Source: an uncultured Pelagibacteraceae bacterium
GTDB taxonomy: Bacteria > Pseudomonadota > Alphaproteobacteria > Pelagibacterales > AG-422-B15
DNA length: 64,000 nucleotides
Assembly (NCBI GenBank): GCA_902605215.1
Contig: CACLBX010000001.1
Coordinates: 35,504 to 99,503, forward strand
Direction of reading: 5' to 3'
Program-made: the position numbers and the translations under genes
Shown here: one piece after another, positions 1 to 9,474 of the stretch
Position numbering within the stretch: the first letter of the stretch is position 1
Layout of the letters: each line of letters opens with the position of its first letter
The notes under the pieces: model-generated
Told to the model about the DNA's origin: nothing
The model's input: only the letters and a program-made list of their open reading frames with translations
Database searches by the model: none

Positions 1-1794
1 TCCGTTGCACAACATAACAGTCATTCCCAAAATTGTTTTATTAGGAATAGGATCTAGTACATATTCTATGCTTTCTAGAGAAGCAGCAAAACTTCTTGTT
101 AAACCACAAACCATCGCATCAGCTTCATTAAGTGATACCATACAGGCAGCAAATACATTTCTTTCTTTGGTAAGAAGATTAAGGCAATCTTTTCTTAAAA
201 AACCCTTTCTTTGAAGCCTGTTATAAATATGTTCAGCGTACCTATCGTGCTCTGCTTTATTTCTAGTGCTGTGAATTTCTATCTTATCAAAGAAATCAAG
301 TCCCATTTCTTTCATTTTATTTTTAATTATTTCATCTCTACCAATTAGTATTGGTGTTCCCATTCCATTATTAAGGAATATTACAGCCGCTCGAATCATG
401 TCCTCTTCCTCGCCTTCAGTGAAGATAACGCGTTTTGGGTTTTCTTTTACTTCTTGAAATATTTTTTGTAACAATCCAGCTGAGGGATTAAGTCTCGCTG
501 ATAACTCATTAGAATACCTGTCCATATCCACAATTGCTTTGCGCGCAACTCCAGTATCCATAGCAGCCTTGGCAACTGCAGGTGGAACTTTGCTAATAAG
601 TCGAGGATCAAACGGAGAAGGTATAATATAATCAGGACCATACTGTGGGCGCTTCCCAGGATAAGCGTTTGCAACTTCGTCAGGTACATCCTCTTTTGCT
701 AATTCAGCTATTGCTTTTGCAGCAGCTATCTTCATTTCTAAATTAATTGTTGTAGCTCTAACATCTAACGCCCCTCTAAATATGTATGGAAATCCTAAAA
801 CATTATTTACCTGATTAGGATAGTCGGATCTTCCTGTTGCAATTATTGCATCAGATCTACATTCTTTTACATCTTCGGGAGTAATTTCAGGTTCAGGGTT
901 TGCCATAGCAAAAATAATCGGGTTATCAGCCATTGATAAGGCCATTTTTTGACTGATTATATTTCCAACTGATAAACCAAAAAAAATATCTGCACCAACC
1001 AGCGCATCCTCTAATGTCCTACAATCAGTTTTTATTGCATGAGCAGATTTCCACTGGTTCATGTTTTCTTTTCTTTCAGAGTGAATAACGCCCTTTGTAT
1101 CGCAAAGTATTGCATTATTGTTAGGCATTCCCATTGCTTTGAGAAGCTCTAAACATGCTATGCCAGCTGCACCTGCACCGTTAACAACAATTTTTGCATC
1201 ACTTATTTTTTTCCCACTAAGATCTAATGCATTTAGAAGGGCAGCTGTAGATATTATAGCAGTTCCATGCTGGTCATCATGAAATATTGGGATATCCATT
1301 AGCTCTCTTAATGTGTCTTCAATAATGAAACACTCAGGTGCTTTGATATCTTCTAAATTTATTCCTCCAAAAGATGGGCCTAAATATTTAACAGAATTAA
1401 TAAACTCGTCAGCATTTTCCGTATCAATTTCAAGATCAATTGAGTCAATGTCAGAAAACCTTTTAAACAAAACGGATTTACCTTCCATCACTGGTTTTGA
1501 GGCATGTGCGCCTAAATTACCAAGACCAAGTATAGCGGTTCCATTTGATACTACGGCAACTATATTGCCCTTACTCGTATAGTCATAGACTGCACTGGTG
1601 TCCTCTGCAATCGCATTAACTGGTGCCGCAACTCCAGGTGAATAAGCTAGAGACAAGTCCCTTTGTGTCTCAAGCGGTTTGGTTGCTTTAATTTCAATCT
1701 TTCCTGGCTTTCCCTGAGCATGAAAAACTAAAGCTTCCTTCTCACTAAAATGCTCTGCTCTATCTTTTTTCTTCATAAATCCCTTTTTGGCCAT
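1..1794 (-). CDS. maeB: NADP-dependent malic enzyme (malic-enzyme domain plus C-terminal phosphate-acetyltransferase-like domain); C-terminal end cut by window edge
   Basis: Absent from the ORF track because the frame runs off position 1. Reverse-strand translation from the ATG at complement 1792-1794 gives MAKKGFMKKKDRAEHFSEKEALVFHAQGKPGKIEIKATKPLETQRDLSLAYSPGVAAP..IFHDDQHGTAII..VVNGAGAAGIA..YIIPSPFDPR.. followed by a PTA-like part (NPKRVIFTEGEEEDMIRAA..). Start, middle and end spot-checked in frame; the frame would span 598 codons to position 1. Confidence 0.93.
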   Translation of the reverse strand, partial: MAKKGFMKKKDRAEHFSEKEALVFHAQGKPGKIEIKATKPLETQRDLSLAYSPGVAAPVNAIAEDTSAVYDYTSKGNIVAVVSNGTAILGLGNLGAHASKPVMEGKSVLFKRFSDIDSIDLEIDTENADEFINSVKYLGPSFGGINLEDIKAPECFIIEDTLRELMDIPIFHDDQHGTAIISTAALLNALDLSGKKISDAKIVVNGAGAAGIACLELLKAMGMPNNNAILCDTKGVIHSERKENMNQWKSAHAIKTDCRTLEDALVGADIFFGLSVGNIISQKMALSMADNPIIFAMANPEPEITPEDVKECRSDAIIATGRSDYPNQVNNVLGFPYIFRGALDVRATTINLEMKIAAAKAIAELAKEDVPDEVANAYPGKRPQYGPDYIIPSPFDPRLISKVPPAVAKAAMDTGVARKAIVDMDRYSNELSARLNPSAGLLQKIFQEVKENPKRVIFTEGEEEDMIRAAVIFLNNGMGTPILIGRDEIIKNKMKEMGLDFFDKIEIHSTRNKAEHDRYAEHIYNRLQRKGFLRKDCLNLLTKERNVFAACMVSLNEADAMVCGLTRSFAASLESIEYVLDPIPNKTILGMTVMLCNG

Positions 1795-1900
1795 TTATAT
1801 AGGTTTTTATCTGCGTTTCAAATTCAAAAACTATAAAATGGGAATGTATACTTAATTTTGACGATATTTAGATGAAAATAGATTAATAAACAACAATTAT

Positions 1901-3439
1901 ATGAATGTAATAAGATCATCATTTATCTATTCTTTTTTTACATCTGTAAGTCGAGTATTTGGATTCTTAAGAGATATCTTGATTGCAAATTTTTTGGGTA
2001 CAGGAATATTTGCAGATATTTTTTTTGTAGCCTTTCGTTTTCCAAATACATTTCGCAGAATATTTTCAGAAGGGGCAGTAAATTCTGCATTCGTACCAGT
2101 TTACTCAAAGTTGATAAGTGAAAAGTTTTTGGAAGATGCAAAAAAATTTGCTGGAAATATCATTGTTATTTTTACAACCATAACAGTCATTATTGTCATT
2201 ATTATTGAGATATTCATGCCGACTTTTATTTTATTCTTGGCACCAGGTTTTTCCTTGAACGATGAAAAGCTGGACGAACTAATTAATACATCAAGAATTA
2301 TATTTCCTTTTCTTGTCATAATTAGTATTGGATCAATTTATTCATCTATTCTCAATGCAAATAATAAATTTGCCTTGTCAGCTTCACTTCCAATAATTTT
2401 AAATCTCTCTATGATATTGGGAATACTATATGCTTATGTAACGAGTAATAATTTTTTACTTTTTTTATCGTGGTCTGTAATCATTGGAGGGATAATTCAA
2501 ATAATTTTTTTAATAGCTTCACTTAAAAAAAATAAAATAGAGATAACTTATTTTTCTCCACTAATTACAACAAACACAAAACGTTTCCTTAGTTTATTTT
2601 CTACAAGTTTTTTTTCCTCAGGCCTACTTCAGATAAATATTTTTATAGGAACTATAATTGCTTCATATGAAACTGGTGCAATTTCGTATTTATATTATGC
2701 AGATAGAATATATCAATTACCTCTAGCATTGATTGGGATTGCACTTGGAATAGCGTTGCTGCCATCAATTTCAAAAAAAATTCAGAAGAATTCAAAAACT
2801 GAGGTTTATAATACAATCGAGGAGACTACTAAATTTGCCGTATTATTATCACTTCCTGCAGCTGTTGGTATTTTTATTCTGCCAGAACTAATAGTTCGCA
2901 TACTGTTTGAGCGAGGTGAATTTAATATTGAATCGACAGTGCTTACAGCTCAGGCACTAAAATTTTACAGTATAGGCTTGGTTGCATTTATATTAATGAA
3001 AATTTTTACACCAATTTTTTTCGCATATGAAAATGTTAAGCCAACACTTTATGTAACTTTTTTTAATTTAGTTTTGAATACAGTATTGAGTATAATACTC
3101 TTTATTTATATAGGTTTTGTAGGAATTGCGATTGCAACAAGTATTTCAGCGTGGATAAGCGTGTTTGTTCTTTATTATTACCTTCAAAAAAACTGTTATT
3201 TTATTTTCAGTTCAAAAATAATAAAACCAACAATCTTAGTCTTGCTAGCTTCTTTTATTATAGGAATATATATTTATTTCTTTAAAGATTATTTAGATGA
3301 AATATTTATTAGCTTTTATCTTGGAGAGACTGTTTTCCTTTTATTTTTAGTCCTTTCTTCAATACTACTTTACTTATTTATAATATCTTTTTACAAGCCT
3401 TTTTCGTATACTGAAATTAAAAAAGTTTTTAATAAATGA
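1901..3439 (+). CDS. murJ: lipid II flippase MurJ (MviN)
   Basis: 512 aa polytopic membrane protein. N-terminus SRVFGFLRDILIANFLGTG..FFVAFRFPNTFRRIFSEGAVNSAFVP is the MurJ signature. Confidence 0.92.
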   Translation: MNVIRSSFIYSFFTSVSRVFGFLRDILIANFLGTGIFADIFFVAFRFPNTFRRIFSEGAVNSAFVPVYSKLISEKFLEDAKKFAGNIIVIFTTITVIIVIIIEIFMPTFILFLAPGFSLNDEKLDELINTSRIIFPFLVIISIGSIYSSILNANNKFALSASLPIILNLSMILGILYAYVTSNNFLLFLSWSVIIGGIIQIIFLIASLKKNKIEITYFSPLITTNTKRFLSLFSTSFFSSGLLQINIFIGTIIASYETGAISYLYYADRIYQLPLALIGIALGIALLPSISKKIQKNSKTEVYNTIEETTKFAVLLSLPAAVGIFILPELIVRILFERGEFNIESTVLTAQALKFYSIGLVAFILMKIFTPIFFAYENVKPTLYVTFFNLVLNTVLSIILFIYIGFVGIAIATSISAWISVFVLYYYLQKNCYFIFSSKIIKPTILVLLASFIIGIYIYFFKDYLDEIFISFYLGETVFLLFLVLSSILLYLFIISFYKPFSYTEIKKVFNK

Positions 3440-4455
3440 AAAATATAAACAAAATAGTACTCTCTGGAGTTCAACCAACTGGAGGCTTACATATCGGTAA
3501 TTATTTAGGCGCAATAAAAAATTTTGTATCAATGCAAACTGAATATGATTGTTTTTTTTGTGTAGTTGATCTTCATGCAATTACAGTAAAACAAGATCCA
3601 AAGCTTCTTAAAAATAACACTTACGAGGTAGTAGCAACTTATTTAGCTTCAGGAATTGATCCTGTCAAAAGTGTAATTTTTAATCAGAGTAATGTTTCGT
3701 CTCACTCAGAACTGGCTTGGATATTTAATTGCATCACAAGAATGGGCTGGCTCAACAGAATGACACAATTTAAAGATAAGGCAGGCAAAGATAAAGAGAA
3801 TGCTAGCTCAGGACTTTTTATTTACCCCAATTTAATGGCTGCCGATATATTACTTTACAAAGCAACACATGTTCCAGTTGGTGATGATCAAAAGCAGCAC
3901 TTAGAATTAACAAGAGATATAGCCCAAAAATTTAATCGTGATTATGAATGTGATGGTTTTTTTCCAATTCCTGAACCAATAATAGATAAAAATATCTCCA
4001 GAATAATGTCTCTCAAAAATGGAGAACAAAAAATGAGTAAATCTGATCCATCAGATTATTCAAGAATCAGTTTAACTGATAGCGCTGATCAGATAGAAAA
4101 AAAAATAAAAAAGGCTAAAACTGCTGACACACCTATGCCAGACAATAATGAGGATGTATCAAAATTACTTGAAGTTAATAACTTATTAAATATATTTTCA
4201 GGTTTTTCAGAAATAGATAAATCTGAACTAATTGAGAAATATAAAGGACAGAACTTTTCAAATTTTAAAAATAATCTTGCTGAAGTAATAATTGAGCACA
4301 TTAAACCTATATCAAAAGAAATAGATAAATTAATGAGTGATAAAACTTATTTGAATCAAATAATTTCAAGTGGAGCTGAAAAAGCTTCAGAAAAAGCGAA
4401 TGTTACAATTAAAGAAGTATATGATATAGTTGGATTTGTTAGAAATGAGACATAG
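3436..4455 (+). CDS. trpS: tryptophan--tRNA ligase
   Basis: 339 aa with class I aaRS motifs GLHIGNYLGA and KMSKS. ATGA overlap with murJ. Confidence 0.95.
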   Translation: MKNINKIVLSGVQPTGGLHIGNYLGAIKNFVSMQTEYDCFFCVVDLHAITVKQDPKLLKNNTYEVVATYLASGIDPVKSVIFNQSNVSSHSELAWIFNCITRMGWLNRMTQFKDKAGKDKENASSGLFIYPNLMAADILLYKATHVPVGDDQKQHLELTRDIAQKFNRDYECDGFFPIPEPIIDKNISRIMSLKNGEQKMSKSDPSDYSRISLTDSADQIEKKIKKAKTADTPMPDNNEDVSKLLEVNNLLNIFSGFSEIDKSELIEKYKGQNFSNFKNNLAEVIIEHIKPISKEIDKLMSDKTYLNQIISSGAEKASEKANVTIKEVYDIVGFVRNET

Positions 4456-4921
4456 ATCAAAATTTTTAGTTATAGTAGATGACTCCATTGAGTTAAGTGT
4501 TGCTATCAGATTTGCTGCACAAAGAGCTAAAAATACAAAGGGAGGTATTATCCTATTAAATATCATCGAACAATTTGATCCCCAACAATGGCAATCTGTT
4601 GAAGAGATTATTCGCCAAGAGGCAACTGATAAAGCTCAAGAAAAATTACAAAAGTGGTCTAAAGTTATTCATGATCTCGTAGACATAGTTCCTGAAGTTA
4701 TAATTAAAGAAGGCATTCCAAGCGAAAAAATTATTGAAACACTTGAATCTGATGATGCAATAAGGTTTCTAGTTTTAGCTGCAGCTGACGCTGATCAACC
4801 AGGTCCACTGGTTACATTATTAGCTGGACAAAAATCAGGTAAACTTCCAGTTCCAATTGTTGTAATACCACAAGGTTTAGAAGATGATGTTATTGATGAT
4901 TTGGCATCAAGAGCTAATTAA
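4430..4921 (+). CDS. universal stress protein family protein
   Basis: 163 aa with a Usp-like pattern (KFLVIVDDS.., C-terminal LPVPIVVIP). The true start may be the Met at 4445. Sits in the position after trpS seen in other alphaproteobacteria. Confidence 0.6.
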   Translation: MDLLEMRHRSKFLVIVDDSIELSVAIRFAAQRAKNTKGGIILLNIIEQFDPQQWQSVEEIIRQEATDKAQEKLQKWSKVIHDLVDIVPEVIIKEGIPSEKIIETLESDDAIRFLVLAAADADQPGPLVTLLAGQKSGKLPVPIVVIPQGLEDDVIDDLASRAN

Positions 4922-5010
4922 AAAATATCGTTAAATTCAGACACTTACAAAATTATCACATGAATTCTTTAAAAAAAATAGAATCTAATTATATAAATTG
5001 AATAATTATT

Positions 5011-5571
5011 ATGTTTATACAAACTGAATCAACACCTAACCCAAACTCATTGAAGTTTATTTTAGATGATCATGAAATATGTTCTGAGCCAGTTGAATAT
5101 AATGCTGGGGAAGAAAATATAAATTCAAAGCTTGCAGAAAAGTTACTTAAAATTGATGGTATTGATAAAATTTTATTTAATAAAAATTTTATTTCAATTA
5201 ACAAAAGCAAATTTACATGGGATCAATTAAAAGCAACAATCTTACACGAGATATCTGACTTCATTGGTTCAGGCATTCCGATATTAGATACAGAGAGGGA
5301 AGTTGACGAAATTAACACAGTTGAATTTGACGATGCAGATATAGAAGTTGTTAAGAATATTCATAATATTTTAGTATCAAAAATTAGACCTGCTGTTATG
5401 CAAGATGGCGGCGATATAAAATTTAAGAAATATGACGAGGGGATTGTTTCATTGGCCCTTCAAGGAAGTTGTGCTGGCTGTCCTAGCGCAACATTAACTC
5501 TTAAAAATGGAGTTGAAAATATGCTTAAACATCATATTCCCGAAGTTAAAAAAGTTGAACAAATCATATAG
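5011..5571 (+). CDS. NifU/Nfu-type Fe-S cluster assembly protein
   Basis: 186 aa. N-terminal Nfu_N-like MFIQTESTPNPNSLKF and a C-terminal NifU domain with the CAGCPS CxxC motif. Confidence 0.85.
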   Translation: MFIQTESTPNPNSLKFILDDHEICSEPVEYNAGEENINSKLAEKLLKIDGIDKILFNKNFISINKSKFTWDQLKATILHEISDFIGSGIPILDTEREVDEINTVEFDDADIEVVKNIHNILVSKIRPAVMQDGGDIKFKKYDEGIVSLALQGSCAGCPSATLTLKNGVENMLKHHIPEVKKVEQII

Positions 5572-5576
5572 ATGAT

Positions 5577-6560
5577 ATGAATTTTCTAAATTTATTTGTT
5601 ACTAAAGATAACTCTTTAATTCTTTTGTTTAGGATTTATTACTTAATAGCATTATTATTTGTTCTCACAATTTTAGCTTCTTTAATATTCAGTCAAAATG
5701 TTTACGACAAACAAATTAAAATATTATATCCAAATAATAATTCTAAAAATGAAAACTTTGATCAAATTTTAGATAAACTTTATGCCGCCAAGCTTACTGA
5801 AGAAATTTATATAAGCAAAAACGTTAATTTAGACTCAATACTAGAAACAAACTTAGTACCAAATATCATTATATCTAAACTACCATTCAATATAACAACA
5901 CTTAAATCATCTGAAAAAAGAAAAACTCTTTTTATAAAAATAGCACTGCCCATAATCATTAAAGAAAATGAAAAACTGGTACTGATGAATAATAAAATTA
6001 GAAATCTAGCAAATAGAATTGACTTTATTTCTCGCGGTGATGCTAAGTGGTTATCAAGTAAAATGAAAGAATACAAATTGAAAGAATACTCTATTGAAAA
6101 ATTATTACAAAAAGTTGACAAAATTCCAGTTTCGCTCGCTCTTGCTCAAGCGGTAATAGAGAGTGGATGGGGAACTTCTCGTTTTGCTATCGAGGGGAAT
6201 GCTTTATTTGGACAATATATATGGGACCAAAATAAGGATGGGATTGTTCCTGAAAATAGAGATCTAGGTGAAAATTATAAAATTAAATCATTTAATACCC
6301 TGAGTGACTCTGTTTCGTCATACATGAAGAATTTAAACACTAATCATCATTATGCTGAGTTTAGACTAAACAGATATATTATGAGAAACAATAATCTTCC
6401 CTTAAATGGGATTACGCTGTCTAATTATTTATATAATTATTCAATTGAAGATGACTACTCAGAGAAAATAAAGAATATTATTAAAACAAATAAATTTGAA
6501 GACTTTGAGTATCTAAAAATGGAAGATCAAAATAAAATCAAATTAACTGAAATTATTTAA
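5577..6560 (+). CDS. membrane-anchored Bax/FlgJ-type (GH73-like) glucosaminidase domain protein
   Basis: 327 aa. N-terminal TM helix; C-terminal ALAQAVIESGWGTSRFAIEGNALFG with the catalytic-Glu context of GH73 muramidase/glucosaminidase domains. Confidence 0.75.
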   Translation: MNFLNLFVTKDNSLILLFRIYYLIALLFVLTILASLIFSQNVYDKQIKILYPNNNSKNENFDQILDKLYAAKLTEEIYISKNVNLDSILETNLVPNIIISKLPFNITTLKSSEKRKTLFIKIALPIIIKENEKLVLMNNKIRNLANRIDFISRGDAKWLSSKMKEYKLKEYSIEKLLQKVDKIPVSLALAQAVIESGWGTSRFAIEGNALFGQYIWDQNKDGIVPENRDLGENYKIKSFNTLSDSVSSYMKNLNTNHHYAEFRLNRYIMRNNNLPLNGITLSNYLYNYSIEDDYSEKIKNIIKTNKFEDFEYLKMEDQNKIKLTEII

Positions 6561-7605
6561 CCAAGAACTGATATCCAAACCAGTGCCAATTATCACCAAT
6601 CTTTGAAGTGCAATTTAGTTTGCCTCTTCCAGATAAAAAATCTTCTTCTAATTTTATTTGAAACTTAAATGGAGTTATTTTGATTATTTCCTGTGAATTC
6701 CAATTTCCGCCAGGATTAGAATAACAACTTAATTCATTATTTTTTAGATCATCAATTAATGTGAGTTCAATTAATGGTCGCTTATTACTTTCTAAGAACA
6801 TATCTTCAGGACTAAATTGATTTATCTGCAAGGGGAGAGAATTTACAGCAAACTCAAAACGATCTGATGTACCAAAATTTTTGTTAAGAGAAAATCTAGG
6901 TAAATAGTAATGATTTTCATAACTTGAAATCACACCTGAATGTTGACCAAACGCATGGCCAATATTGAGTTCTTTAAGAAGCTCTATAATAGCTAAGCTC
7001 GTTTCACCGTAAGGATATGCGAAAAGCTTAGGCACGAAACCAATATTCTTTATAAAGCTTTTATGTGAATTTAATAAGTCTTCCTTTACATACTTCTTAC
7101 TGTTTAATGGCATATGAAGGTGAGTTGAAGTATGCTGACCAATAGAGCCACCATCGTCAATAAATTCCTTTATTTGAGACCAACTCATATACCCACTAGT
7201 ATTACTATCTATAATATCCGTAGAAACAAATAGAGTGACAGGTATTTTGTATTTTTTAAATACTGGCCAGGCATATTCGAAAAAAGATAAGTAAGCATCA
7301 TCAACTGAAAAAGCTATACTTTTCTCATTAAACTTTTCGTCATTTTTTAATTTACTAATAATTTTCTCTAGACTTATTACATTGATATTATTTTCAATTA
7401 TGTATTTTATATGGGACTGAAACTGTTCTTTTGTAACACTTGTCGTTGGATATCTATCTTCACCAAATCTATGATACATAAAAATTGATACTCCCAATTC
7501 ATTTTCTGCAAAGGAAAAACTAGGAATACCTACAAAGCTAATTATAAGGAATAATTTAATCAGGTATTTAGGAAAAAATAACAGAAACTTATTCATCAAA
7601 TTCAT
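6553..7605 (-). CDS. secreted polysaccharide deacetylase (CE4/NodB-homology) with extra C-terminal domain
   Basis: 350 aa. Signal-like N-terminus; NodB motifs FSVDDAY, QHTSTHLH and AYPYGE; about 90 aa of unassigned C-terminal extension. Confidence 0.75.
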   Translation of the reverse strand: MNLMNKFLLFFPKYLIKLFLIISFVGIPSFSFAENELGVSIFMYHRFGEDRYPTTSVTKEQFQSHIKYIIENNINVISLEKIISKLKNDEKFNEKSIAFSVDDAYLSFFEYAWPVFKKYKIPVTLFVSTDIIDSNTSGYMSWSQIKEFIDDGGSIGQHTSTHLHMPLNSKKYVKEDLLNSHKSFIKNIGFVPKLFAYPYGETSLAIIELLKELNIGHAFGQHSGVISSYENHYYLPRFSLNKNFGTSDRFEFAVNSLPLQINQFSPEDMFLESNKRPLIELTLIDDLKNNELSCYSNPGGNWNSQEIIKITPFKFQIKLEEDFLSGRGKLNCTSKIGDNWHWFGYQFLVK

Positions 7606-7637
7606 TTTTTAATCTATATGGTTAAAATATCAACCAT

Positions 7638-8264
7638 ATGTTTCTTTTTTTAGACTTCACAACTGATATGTCATTAACTTTAATTGGAAAGCATTCTTTT
7701 CTAAGTAAAAAGATTAAGTCTAATAAAAATATCTCGGAAATTCTAGTAATAGAAATAGAGAAAATTTTTAATAAAGAAAAAATAAATATAAAAAAACTTG
7801 ATATAATTTTTGTTATTACAGGACCTGGTAGTTTTACTGGAATAAGATCTGCTCTAACCTTTGCAAAAACAATTCAGCTTACCAATAATACTGACGTAAG
7901 AGGGATCTCAAAATTTGAGTATTTGAATTTAATTGCGAACGATAAGAACTTATTTGATTTAAGGACTATACTAATCTTCCACAGAAAAAAGCAATTTTTC
8001 ACCCAAAGGTTTAGGGGTAATACATCCATTTCTAAACCTGAAATAATTAGTTTTGAAGAAAATCAGAAAATATTTAATAAAAGAACAAGTATTCTTTGTG
8101 ATAATAATATATTAGCTAGTTTTGTTGATAAAAAATATTTTGAATTATTTAAACAGAATATACACTTTATCGATTATAATAATGAAAAATTAAAAATATT
8201 GATTAATAAAAAAAATAAATTTACCAATGATCCAAGACCGATATACATCAGCAGTAACTATTAA
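7638..8264 (+). CDS. tsaB: tRNA t6A37 biosynthesis protein TsaB (YeaZ)
   Basis: 208 aa with the motif GPGSFTGIRSALTFAKT. Confidence 0.8.
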   Translation: MFLFLDFTTDMSLTLIGKHSFLSKKIKSNKNISEILVIEIEKIFNKEKINIKKLDIIFVITGPGSFTGIRSALTFAKTIQLTNNTDVRGISKFEYLNLIANDKNLFDLRTILIFHRKKQFFTQRFRGNTSISKPEIISFEENQKIFNKRTSILCDNNILASFVDKKYFELFKQNIHFIDYNNEKLKILINKKNKFTNDPRPIYISSNY

Positions 8265-8276
8265 GCCTTATTTATT

Positions 8277-8696
8277 ATGATAGATGTAAAAAAATTGTGC
8301 AGTGAAAAAGGTTTAAGGATGACTGAACAGAGAAATACTATAGCAGATGTCATAACCAAGATGAGTGCAGAAGGACATCCTGATGTAAATGAAATTTTTT
8401 TAAATGCGAATAAAAAAGATAAAAATATCAGTATTGCCACAGTTTATAGGACAGTTAAATTATTTGAAGAATACGGGGCTATTGAAAAACTTGAATTTAA
8501 AGATGGTAGGTCTCGTTATGAGGCGATTGAAGAATCTCATCATGATCATTTAATTGATATTGAAACCGGAGAAATACACGAATTCACAAATGACGAAATA
8601 GAAACTATACAGGCTAGAGTTGCTAGCGAACTCGGTTTCAAACTTGTTGATCATCGTTTAGAGCTTTATGGAGTTAAGAAAAAAAATAAAAATTAA
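8277..8696 (+). CDS. fur: Fur-family metalloregulator (Fur/Mur type)
   Basis: 139 aa. Winged-helix N-terminus (RMTEQRNTIADVI.. ATVYRTVKLFEE) and metal-site motif EESHHDHLID. No CxxC pairs. Confidence 0.82.
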   Translation: MIDVKKLCSEKGLRMTEQRNTIADVITKMSAEGHPDVNEIFLNANKKDKNISIATVYRTVKLFEEYGAIEKLEFKDGRSRYEAIEESHHDHLIDIETGEIHEFTNDEIETIQARVASELGFKLVDHRLELYGVKKKNKN

Positions 8697-9473
8697 ATGT
8701 CAATCATAAGACTTATTTATACGTTGCTGCTACTGTCATTTTTTATAATTATATCAATTCCGATTCAAATTTTACTAAATATATTCGCTTATAAATTTAA
8801 GAATATTTACGCAATATATTTTTATAAAATAATTAAGCTTATTACTGGACTAAAAATTACTTATGATAAGAAAAATCATAACCGCAAAAAAAAAGGAACA
8901 CTTTATGTAGCAAACCATGTCTCATGGTTTGATATTATTTGCTTAGGTACTTTACTGAATGCAAGATTCATTGCAAAAAAAGAGGTTTCTAAAATGGGAA
9001 TATTTGGTTTTTTAGCAAAGCTTAGTAATACTTTCTTTATTGATAATTCTGATAAAAATAAAATTATTGAATACAATCACATCATTAATCAAAAACTAAG
9101 TAACGGTGAAAATTTTATAATCTTTCCTGAAGGAACAACTTCTGATGGAAATGGAATTAAGCAATTTAAATCATCAATGTTAGAATGTGCATTTGATGAA
9201 AAAAATCTAATACATATTCAGCCTATTTCTATATGCTATTCAAGAAAAAATAACTTACCAATGGGACTCTTCTTAAGAAGGCACATTTCTTGGGTCGGTG
9301 ATACTTCAATGGTTGATGCAATGATTAATTTTTTAAGCTCTGGGCCTGTTACAGTTGAGCTAGTATTTCATAATGAGCTTAATGCAAGTAGCTTTAATAA
9401 TAGAAAAGATTTGACCTACTATTGTGAAAATCAGATACTTCAGGGCATAAATCAAACTCTCAAAATTAACTAA
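8697..9473 (+). CDS. plsC: 1-acyl-sn-glycerol-3-phosphate acyltransferase
   Basis: 258 aa. HX4D motif NHVSWFD and FPEGTTS. The start codon directly follows the fur stop. Confidence 0.85.
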   Translation: MSIIRLIYTLLLLSFFIIISIPIQILLNIFAYKFKNIYAIYFYKIIKLITGLKITYDKKNHNRKKKGTLYVANHVSWFDIICLGTLLNARFIAKKEVSKMGIFGFLAKLSNTFFIDNSDKNKIIEYNHIINQKLSNGENFIIFPEGTTSDGNGIKQFKSSMLECAFDEKNLIHIQPISICYSRKNNLPMGLFLRRHISWVGDTSMVDAMINFLSSGPVTVELVFHNELNASSFNNRKDLTYYCENQILQGINQTLKIN

Positions 9474-9474
9474 A

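Noticed and set aside
5-1582. Track ORFs 5..214 (+), 447..689 (-) and 1313..1582 (+) at the left edge
   Set aside because: All lie inside the hand-recovered maeB frame on the minus strand (1..1794), out of frame or antisense to it, and have low-complexity, non-homologous-looking sequences. The maeB translation carries unmistakable malic-enzyme motifs.
4922-5010. Partial symmetry GAATTCT..AGAATC upstream of the nfu gene as a possible Irr or Fur site
   Set aside because: The arms are short and imperfect, and it matches neither the ICE nor the Fur-box consensus.
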